Positions 24,847 to 33,019 of a DNA stretch of 64,000 bases are shown piece after piece. The notes beneath the pieces are model-generated. The model searched no databases. It was given only the letters and a program-made list of their open reading frames with translations, and was not told the DNA's origin. Every line of letters starts with the position of its first letter. The first letter of the stretch is position 1. The stretch is from Dipteris shenzhenensis. Lineage: Eukaryota. A program made the translations under genes and the position numbers. The stretch is taken from NCBI GenBank assembly GCA_047967505.1, contig CM106538.1, one strand, 5' to 3'.

Positions 24847-25103
24847 TGTTGAGAGTTCACGCTCAACATCATGTGATCATGTGTGCATAGCACCATCACG
24901 TGATCATATGTGCATAGCACTAACCTTATAGAGTGCTATAAAGGAAAGGGTTAGATCCCCTAACCCTAACCCTAAAAGGGTTTGTATATATTCTATTTTT
25001 TCAACTAATTCTAGTGTACAGTTAGTCATTTGTGGTGTGCTCTCTAGCTGTGCCCTCTCTCCTCATCTCCACTCTTCTCCTCTCCCCTCTTCATATTTTG
25101 TCA
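24847..25103 (+). repeat. 5' LTR (257 bp) of the intact Copia
   Basis: TGTTGAGAG...TTTTGTCA; no difference from the 3' LTR found on manual comparison. Confidence 0.97.
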
Positions 25104-25115
25104 TGGTATCAGAGC
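25104..25115 (+). promoter_or_regulatory. Primer-binding site (initiator tRNA-Met)
   Basis: TGGTATCAGAGC immediately after the 5' LTR. Confidence 0.97.
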
Positions 25116-25579
25116 TCCCTTGTCTTCCGTTGAGACGTTGAGATTCTTGAGAGTGTGAGAGAGATTGTGAGATTTGAGAGTTTTTTCTTGAGTGATCTTC
25201 TCTTCCGTTGAGAGAAACTTCTGTTCACTTGAGAGATTATTCCGTTCATTGTGAGATTTCATTCATCAGAGATTTCCGTTTGTTTGAAAGAACATCTGTT
25301 CTTTCCATTGTGATTTGAGAGTGAGAGAGGTGTTTTCTTCTTTAGAAGAGTTCTTTGTAAGGTTCATTTCGAGATCTCTGAGAGAGAGATAGGTGGGAGG
25401 ATCCATCCAAACGTGCACTCCCAGCTCTCGGGCTTCTTCAAAGGCTACTACAGGTGCAACTACTCCATCGACATCTAAGGCCCTCCGGTGATTAGGAGCT
25501 TCGATGTGGCTGGCTGACCACCGGCTCCTACGCTACCTGCGCTCCAGACCACTTCACAAAGCAGCTCTTCATCAACAGA

Positions 25580-25644
25580 GAGCCTGCACGCGGGCTAGTG
25601 AAGCCTGCTCCCTGGCAGAGACCTCCACGTTTCTCTTCTCCAGA
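25580..25644 (-). pseudogene. Short captured fragment resembling a FRIGIDA-like protein coiled-coil
   Basis: The minus strand reads [20 protein letters not shown] with GC-ending codons. As recalled, it resembles the LEKR.A.V.AKEQASLERLQ segment of FRIGIDA-like 3 proteins. The segment is short, so the call is tentative. Confidence 0.45.
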
Positions 25645-26043
25645 GCGGCACCAGATCTCCTGACGCTATAATCGTGCCCCGCAATGGCAGCATAGGAGTC
25701 ATCTTCGCGTTGAGGAGCTTTTCGATAGTTTCCAGAATCTCCCATCTGATCCCAGAGTAGCCCTGCAGCAAGGTATTTGTCCTCACGAGCACAGCAGCTC
25801 TCGCGGCCTCCACAAGCAAAACATTGCCTTCTTTCTTGCCAAAGATACCAGCGTTGAGGAAGCGAATGAGCTCCTTCTGAAGCTGCACTCCCTGCGAAGT
25901 TCTGCGATGGGAGGTAGCCCCATAGCCAGTCGTCGTGAACCCACAAGGAGCTCTCGTCCACCCGCGCTTTGGCAGCTTCAGCGTCAAGGGTGACGGTAAC
26001 GTCCTTCCGGCGGACAACAGCAGTGACCTGGGCGACGGTCACC
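25643..26043 (-). pseudogene. PAL: Captured phenylalanine ammonia-lyase gene fragment, antisense to the retrotransposon, with an internal deletion/frameshift
   Basis: [34 protein letters not shown] [shift] [32 protein letters not shown]...[53 protein letters not shown]. These are unmistakable PAL motifs, including the MIO-forming ASG at 25658-25666. Confidence 0.95.
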
Positions 26044-26184
26044 TCTCCAAGCAGCCATCAAATGCACGATCTCCGCCAGAGCTCACGGGCTCCCTCGTCA
26101 CATAGCGCCATCGCATCGTCGACGGAAATGAGGACGGAATCTACAAAGATTCTGTCAGAATCTTGAAAATTCGGTGGCCCTCCT

Positions 26185-26580
26185 TTTGACACGTGGCAGT
26201 TATCCCCAACCTTATCTACCCAGGGTCACCACACACACAGGTGTGGTCAAGGATCAGCCACGTGGCACCCTTATCCACTGTGCCACGTCATCTATGCCAC
26301 ATCATCTACCACGTCATCAGGCCATGTCATCTGTGCCATGTCATCTGCCACATCATCAGGCCACGTCACCTTTTCCACGTCAGCTGCCACGTCACCTCTG
26401 CCACGTCAGCTGCCACGTCACCTCTGCCATGTCAGCTACCACGTCACCTTTTCCACGTCAGCTACCACGTCACCTCTGCCACGTCAGCTACCATGTCATC
26501 ACTGCCATGTCAGCTGCCACGTCATCACTGCCACGTCAGCACTGCCACATCATCTGGCCACGTCATCAGTGACACCTCAG
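26185..26580. repeat. Short-unit array of CCACGTCA/CCATGTCA motifs (G-box/ABRE/hex-like)
   Basis: About 14 CCACGTCA copies in 11-14-bp units, plus GACACGTGGC at 26188 and palindromic GCCACGTGGC at 26257. Confidence 0.88.
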
Positions 26581-27530
26581 CAGTCCAGTCAGCACTGACC
26601 CCTGCAGGCACAGTCCCTTGCCAGGCACACTGTGCACACACAGCATGTGCACACTCCTGCCACCTCAGCACAGAGCTTCACTGGCACACCTCTTGCTAAG
26701 CACAGTGCCACATCATCACTGCATGTGACTCACAGTGACACATCATCATTGAGCACCATTTGCACTCCTTTTGCCCCTCCACCTAGATCAAGTCATATCT
26801 CTTGATCCAGGAAGAATTTGAGGGTGCTCCAAAAAGGAAAGTCGCTCGATTTTTTGTGCTCTACGCGCTCGTTACATCAGGCGCACATTTCGGCGCAAGT
26901 TACACTCACATTTGAGCTTCGCCGACAAAACCACTTCCTTCACGCACATTTGCCTCTACATCGACGCATCTGACCCAGCACTTAAAAAGAACAAAGGAAA
27001 AGGAATTATTTGCTGCTCTTTCATCGATCGACGGTTGGTTTAGATCTAGATCAGAGTAGACTAGATCGCCATAGAGGGGACGCTTTGAATTCCCCAAGTT
27101 GCCAATCTAAACCATGCCCGAAATTCCCGACTAGTACCTACTCGGAGTCAGTCCATACGCTCACATCCGATTTCACATCATTACATTACCTGAAACCTTA
27201 CGTTCATCAGTTCAGTGAGCAGACTTCAGAGTTCAGAGGCATTGCAGATTGATTCAGTGGGCAGATAGCACTTGATTTCACACACACATGCCACCATTGT
27301 AAAGCCTATTTGGCTATCTCACGGCATCGTGCACATCATTTTTCAGCCTTGTAAAGCCTCTTGGCTATTCCCGGCATCATTGCCACAAGCCTTGTAACAC
27401 AGGTCAGATCTTATTTACTGCAGTTCTATCTTCACCGACGGTACAGAGATTTCACTTGGCATCTTCAGTGTATTTGCAGTTGATTCATACAGAGTTTTCT
27501 AGGACACTTTTTGAGTACATTGTTTGCACC

Positions 27531-30500
27531 ATGTCGACTAGCAACCTCAATCTGGAGGCATCTGCTAAGTTAGACAACTCCAATTACGGTACATGGAAAT
27601 ACCGAATGGAGACCATTCTTGTGCTTCAGGACAAATGGGAGTATGTTGATGGATCCATACCTAGACCATTGGCCGATCCAGCCACCAGTAGCTCTACTCC
27701 ATCTGTTGTCACAGCACCAGCAACGGGATCTACATCAGGATCTACATCTACACAAACAGTTTTCGCACCAGTAGCAGATCCTGCCATTGCCCGAGCTCAA
27801 GCAAAATGGGATAAGAAAGACAAGTATGCCTATCACCTGATCAAGCAGAATGTGCAAGATGTCATGCTAGGACAGCTCAACACAGTCAAGACATCAAAAG
27901 AAGCATGGGATATGTTCGCAGCTCTCTATGAGTCCAAGAACACATCCAGGATTCTCACCTTGAGAAACCAGATCAACCAGAGTTTCCGCAATAGCAATGA
28001 AACTGGTCATGCTTATGTACTCCGCATCAAAGACTACAACAATCAACTTGCAGCAGCAGGAGAGACTATGAATCCCGCAGAAATGGTTCAAGTAATCCTG
28101 AATGGACTAGGAGAAGGATATGAGAATCTGGTCCAGAGTATTGCCATCCAACGGCAAATTCCAACACTTGAAGAACTTCAGTCAGTTCTACTTGGTGAAG
28201 AACTCAGGACTCAAGCCATTCAAGCACGTAAAGGTCATTCTAATGATCAGGCATTCACCGCTTCAGACAGAAGCAGAGGCAAAGGCAGAAACAGAGGTAG
28301 ATCATATCAGAAAAGTGGTCAAAATCAAAGTCAGAATCAGCATCAGCATCAGCAGCATCCTCAGCAACATCAAAATCAGCAAAGAGGAAATCATTCCAAC
28401 CGAGGAAGATTCCAAGGACGAGGGAATGCATCCACCAATGTGTCAAACATTCAATGCAACTATTGTCACAAGTTTGGACACTATGAAAGAGATTGCCGCA
28501 AGAAGCAGTATAACCAAAGCGGTCAATCCAGTAGTAATCGAGGGAATTCCCGAGGAAGAGGAAATCATCGTGGTGGACATTCTAGTCACAGTCATTTTGC
28601 AAATGAACATGGCAATATGTTTCTTGCAAGTGAGGAATTGCATCAGACTGATACAATGCACCAAGACACTGATTTCAATCCCAAAGAGGATTTCAGCTAT
28701 CAAGTCGACCAAGTGGAACAGGATCCTTGGTACATCGACAGCGGTGCATCATCTCATATGACAAATCATCAGGAATGGTTCACAGAAATGAAGCCATTAG
28801 AAGGTCAAAAGAATGTCATCTATACAGCAGACAATACACCGAATCCGGTTCAAGGGACAGGTGTTATCCCTATGAACAATTTCACTGGTACAAAAGGATT
28901 AGTCAAAGATGTGCTCTATGTTCCGAAGCTCAGCAAGAACCTTTTGTCAGTAGGTCAAATGACGGAACACAACTACAAAGTCATCTTCGACGGTGATGAA
29001 TGCACTATCAGAGACAAATCCAAAAGAGGTCAGCTAGTAGCAAAAGGTGTCAAGGAAGGACGCTTATACAGGATGCTAGCTACAGTACCAGATAAGCATG
29101 CCATGTCCGCTCAAATGCAACAGATGCCACTATCTGCAAAATGGCACAAGAGATATGGTCATGTCAACTTCAAGTACTTGTTAGATCTAAGGAATCAGAA
29201 TATGGCAATTGGGATTCCAAAGCTACAGTTTCTTGGAAAGGTTTGTGAAGCATGCTGCTTCGGCAAACAAAAGCGAACCAACTTTGTCAGAAGTACCTCT
29301 CGTGCACGAGGTATTCTTGATTTAATTCATACAGATGTATGGGGTTATGCCCAGACCCGCAGCATCAATGGTTCACTTTATTACTTGACCTTCATCGACG
29401 ACTACAGTAGATATTGTTGGGTCTACTTTCTGAAAGAGAAATCTGAAGTGTTTGCCAGATTTCAAGAATTCAAAGCCATGGTAGAAAACCAAACAGGCAG
29501 AAAGATTAAGGTCATGAGATCAGACAGAGGAGGTGAATACATGTCTTCAGCCTTCATGAACTTTTGCAAAAATCACGGCATTCGAAGACAATTCACATGT
29601 GCAGATACTCCTCAGCAAAATGCAATAGCTGAAAGGAAGAATGGGACTTTAGCAGACAGTGCTAGAGCAATGCTTAGTGAAAAGCATCTTCCGAATCAGT
29701 ATTGGGCAGAAGCAATAGCTACAGCTAACTACTTGCTTAATCGGCTTCCTACCGAACCGATACAAGGTATGACTCCTTATGAAGCATTCACTGGACACAA
29801 GCCACGCATTGGGCATCTCCGCATATTTGGTTGCATAGCATATGCCCACATACATGATGATCATCGCAGGAAATTGGATGCGAAGTCACGCAAATGCATC
29901 ATGGTAGGCTACAGTGAAGAAAGTAAAGCATACAAATTGTATGATCCCATCAACCGCAAAGTCATTATCTCCAGAGATGTAATCTTCGATGAGGAATCAG
30001 AATGGAAAACCTCACCTACACAGGAGATAGAAGCATCGACTTCACAGTCATCTACAGAAAAGGTTGATGAAGAAGAGCAAGAATTGCCAACAACACCCCA
30101 ATCAGCATCACAGCAGCTCAGACGGTCTACTAGGGAAAGCAGACCACCAGCCAGATTGACATATGCTCAGAAAGGCAAAGCAATTCAGGTGGAAACCACC
30201 AACTATGCTCTTATGACTACCATCATGGCTACAGAAGAGCCAGTGTACTTCGAAGACGCAGTAGATAAGCCAGAATGGCAAACTGCTATGAATGAAGAAA
30301 TGGATGCTTTGTATAAAAACAACACTTGGGAATTATGCGACCTTCCACCAGGAAAGAAGGCCATAGCCAACAAATGGGTATACAAAGTGAAGTACAATCC
30401 AGATGGCAGTATTCAAAGATACAAAGCCAGATTAGTTGCAAAAGGATTTGCACAACAATATGGTCAAGATTATGATGAGACTTATGCTCCAGTAGCAAAG

Positions 30501-31787
30501 ATGGATTCCATACGGTTCTTGATATCACTAGCGACACTCAGTACATGGAATGTGTATCAGCTCGATGTCAAGAATGCATTTCTCAATGGTTATCTAGACG
30601 AGGAAGTCTACATGCAACAACCAGCCGGTTATGTTGAACCAGGACAGGAGAACAAGGTTTGCCATCTCAAGAAAAGTCTCTATGGCTTAAAGCAAGCACC
30701 CAGAAGTTGGTACAGCAGAATTGACAAGTATTTTGCTGATCTGGGATACATGAAGTCCAATGCAGATCATACTCTCTACTACAAAGTTCAAGGGGAAGAT
30801 ATTACTATTGCACTTTTGTACGTAGATGATCTGATTGTGACAGGAAGCAAGGATAGCTTCATCAGAAAGTTAAAACAAGACTTATCTGCAGAGTTCGACA
30901 TGAAAGATCTTGGACTTATGCACTATTGTCTTGGAATTGAGTTCTGGAGAGATTCAGATAGCACATTCATGAGTCAGCTCAAATATGTTGACAGTCTCCT
31001 GAAGAAGTTTCATATGGCAGATTGCAAGATTGCTGCCACTCCCATGGAACAGAGTTTGAAACTTACTAAAGATTCAGAAAAGCCTACAGTCAATGACAGA
31101 TACTACAGGCAACTCATTGGATCTCTTATATATCTGACACTCACACGGCCAGATATTTGTTATGCAGTAAGCTCACTAGCACAGTTTATGGCAAATCCAA
31201 AACAGTCTCACTGGAATGCAGCCAAAAGAGTCTTGAGATACATCAGAGGTACAAGACAATTTGGGATAGAATACAGAGGAAGTCATCCACGGTTGCATGG
31301 ATACTGTGACAGTGACTATGCTGGAGATCATGAGACCAGGAGATCGACACAGGGATATGCATTTTTCCTTGGTCAAGGTGCTATATCATGGTTGTCAAAC
31401 AAACAGCCAACTGTTTCTTTGTCTTCGACTGAAGCAGAATATAGGGCACTCACTACAGGTGCATGTGAGGCTATATGGCTCAGAAGACTATTGTCAGAAA
31501 CAGATTACTTTGATGAGTCAAAGCCAACAACAATATACTGTGATAATCAATCGGCTCAAGCATTGGCTAAAAATCCAGTATATCACTCCAGGACAAAGCA
31601 CATTGATGTCAGAGAGCACTTCATCAGAGAAAGAGTGTTACTTGGTGACATCACACTGCAGCATTGTGATAGCAAAGAAAATGTTGCAGACATCTTTACC
31701 AAACCACTCGGTAAAGAGCTATTCGAGAAACACCGACTAGCTCTTGGTTTGATGCAGAGGAAGGACATTCCCATTAAAGGGGTGTGA
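27531..31787 (+). CDS. Copia gag-pol polyprotein (gag, CCHC knuckle, protease, GAG-pre-integrase, integrase, RT, RNase H), uninterrupted
   Basis: The first ATG is at 27531. Motifs: CNYCHKFGHYERDC, WYIDSGASSHM, WHKRYGH/CEAC, HTDVWG..RSDRGGEY..AERKN, YVDDL and DSDYAGD..TEAEY..ADIFTK, in Copia order PR-IN-RT-RH. Confidence 0.97.
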   Translation: MSTSNLNLEASAKLDNSNYGTWKYRMETILVLQDKWEYVDGSIPRPLADPATSSSTPSVVTAPATGSTSGSTSTQTVFAPVADPAIARAQAKWDKKDKYAYHLIKQNVQDVMLGQLNTVKTSKEAWDMFAALYESKNTSRILTLRNQINQSFRNSNETGHAYVLRIKDYNNQLAAAGETMNPAEMVQVILNGLGEGYENLVQSIAIQRQIPTLEELQSVLLGEELRTQAIQARKGHSNDQAFTASDRSRGKGRNRGRSYQKSGQNQSQNQHQHQQHPQQHQNQQRGNHSNRGRFQGRGNASTNVSNIQCNYCHKFGHYERDCRKKQYNQSGQSSSNRGNSRGRGNHRGGHSSHSHFANEHGNMFLASEELHQTDTMHQDTDFNPKEDFSYQVDQVEQDPWYIDSGASSHMTNHQEWFTEMKPLEGQKNVIYTADNTPNPVQGTGVIPMNNFTGTKGLVKDVLYVPKLSKNLLSVGQMTEHNYKVIFDGDECTIRDKSKRGQLVAKGVKEGRLYRMLATVPDKHAMSAQMQQMPLSAKWHKRYGHVNFKYLLDLRNQNMAIGIPKLQFLGKVCEACCFGKQKRTNFVRSTSRARGILDLIHTDVWGYAQTRSINGSLYYLTFIDDYSRYCWVYFLKEKSEVFARFQEFKAMVENQTGRKIKVMRSDRGGEYMSSAFMNFCKNHGIRRQFTCADTPQQNAIAERKNGTLADSARAMLSEKHLPNQYWAEAIATANYLLNRLPTEPIQGMTPYEAFTGHKPRIGHLRIFGCIAYAHIHDDHRRKLDAKSRKCIMVGYSEESKAYKLYDPINRKVIISRDVIFDEESEWKTSPTQEIEASTSQSSTEKVDEEEQELPTTPQSASQQLRRSTRESRPPARLTYAQKGKAIQVETTNYALMTTIMATEEPVYFEDAVDKPEWQTAMNEEMDALYKNNTWELCDLPPGKKAIANKWVYKVKYNPDGSIQRYKARLVAKGFAQQYGQDYDETYAPVAKMDSIRFLISLATLSTWNVYQLDVKNAFLNGYLDEEVYMQQPAGYVEPGQENKVCHLKKSLYGLKQAPRSWYSRIDKYFADLGYMKSNADHTLYYKVQGEDITIALLYVDDLIVTGSKDSFIRKLKQDLSAEFDMKDLGLMHYCLGIEFWRDSDSTFMSQLKYVDSLLKKFHMADCKIAATPMEQSLKLTKDSEKPTVNDRYYRQLIGSLIYLTLTRPDICYAVSSLAQFMANPKQSHWNAAKRVLRYIRGTRQFGIEYRGSHPRLHGYCDSDYAGDHETRRSTQGYAFFLGQGAISWLSNKQPTVSLSSTEAEYRALTTGACEAIWLRRLLSETDYFDESKPTTIYCDNQSAQALAKNPVYHSRTKHIDVREHFIRERVLLGDITLQHCDSKENVADIFTKPLGKELFEKHRLALGLMQRKDIPIKGV

Positions 31788-31861
31788 TGGAATGTAATGC
31801 TCAGTCCTTCTTCGATTCCCCAGAATCATCATCTTGAGGGAAGGCCTACTTCATGATGTTG

Positions 31862-31875
31862 ATCTTGAGGGAAGG
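31862..31875 (+). promoter_or_regulatory. Polypurine tract (a second copy lies at 31831-31844)
   Basis: atcttGAGGGAAGG abutting the 3' LTR. Confidence 0.9.
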
Positions 31876-32132
31876 TGTTGAGAGTTCACGCTCAACATCA
31901 TGTGATCATGTGTGCATAGCACCATCACGTGATCATATGTGCATAGCACTAACCTTATAGAGTGCTATAAAGGAAAGGGTTAGATCCCCTAACCCTAACC
32001 CTAAAAGGGTTTGTATATATTCTATTTTTTCAACTAATTCTAGTGTACAGTTAGTCATTTGTGGTGTGCTCTCTAGCTGTGCCCTCTCTCCTCATCTCCA
32101 CTCTTCTCCTCTCCCCTCTTCATATTTTGTCA
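31876..32132 (+). repeat. 3' LTR (257 bp) of the intact Copia
   Basis: Matches 24847-25103 and is followed by the TSD TGCCT. Confidence 0.97.
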
Positions 32133-32980
32133 TGCCTTGGAAATCTGAAACCCAATAGTGACAAGATACTGTCCTATCTTGTCAGACCATGGTCTGGGTG
32201 CTTGCTTCAAGCTATAGAAGGCTTTCTTCAACCTGCAAACAAACTCAGGATGAACAGCATGCACATAACCTAGTGGCTGCTCCATATAGAGCTCTTCTTG
32301 CAAATCACCATGCAAGAAGGCATTCTTTACATCCATCTGATGTAAAGACCATCCCTTTGATGCAACCATAGCAATGACTGCTCTTACAGTTGCCATCCTT
32401 GCAACCGAACTGAATGTTTCTTCATAATCAATGCCATATGTCTGTGCATACCCCTTGACAACTAATCTTGCCTTGTATCTATTCACAGAACCATCTGCAT
32501 TGTGCTTCACCTTATAAACCCACTTGCAGCCAATTGCATTCTTGTCTTTAGGCAAAGGCACCATTTCCCATGTAGCATTTGTCTCGAAGGCATCCATTTA
32601 TTCATCCATGGCTTTCTCCCATTTTTCTTTTCCCATGGCTTGCTCAAAAGAAGTGGGTTCTGGTTCATGTATCACTTTGACCATATAGGCATAGTGAATG
32701 GCTGTAAATCCATCATATTTCAGCATATCCACAGGATACTTAACTCTGGTAGACCTATGCAAAATAGGCTCACTACCAAGTGCTCTCAAAACATCCCTTG
32801 TGTTCCTTACTCCAGGTGTAACAATAGAAGGAATACCCAACTCATCATGAAGGCTCTGTTTTGAGCCACTGGATTCACCATCCACATAAGAGCGAGCTGC
32901 ATTCACATCAAACATGGGCTGATCTACTTTCTCTTTTCCTTTTTGTGATACTTGCATACCACTATCTGCATTGCTAGGTC
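32133..32980 (-). mobile_element. Older Copia element, RT N-terminal part (continuation of 23468-24846)
   Basis: AIGCKWVYKVK..RYKARLVVKGY.Q..GIDY.ETF and QMDVKNAFLHG. Removing the insert and one TSD joins FQISKA to DLSLYVRK in frame. Confidence 0.92.
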
Positions 32981-33019
32981 ATAGGCTCAGGGTCACGATC
33001 ATGTCGAGGCCTCGTCTCG

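Larger units (their letters stand above)
24847..32132 (+). mobile_element. Intact, very recent Ty1/Copia LTR retrotransposon (7286 bp)
   Basis: TG...CA LTRs at 24847-25103 and 31876-32132, TSD TGCCT at 24842-24846 and 32133-32137, PBS, PPT and a full gag-pol ORF. Confidence 0.98.

Noticed and set aside
25572-26042. Functional PAL gene
   Set aside because: It covers only about 130 codons of a protein of roughly 700 aa, with a frameshift, loss of the catalytic tyrosine loop and no native start or end.
26185-26580. CRISPR-like array
   Set aside because: The units are 11-14 bp with no unique spacers, there are no cas genes and the context is eukaryotic.
26174-26699. His/Cys/Ser-rich ORFs in three frames
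   Set aside because: These are translation artefacts of the CCACGTCA repeat array.
27456-27530. Upstream TTG start for gag-pol
   Set aside because: The first ATG is at 27531, just before the gag KLD..NY..W motif.
28120-31774. Alternate-frame and antisense ORFs overlapping gag-pol
   Set aside because: These are shadow ORFs with no recognisable motifs.
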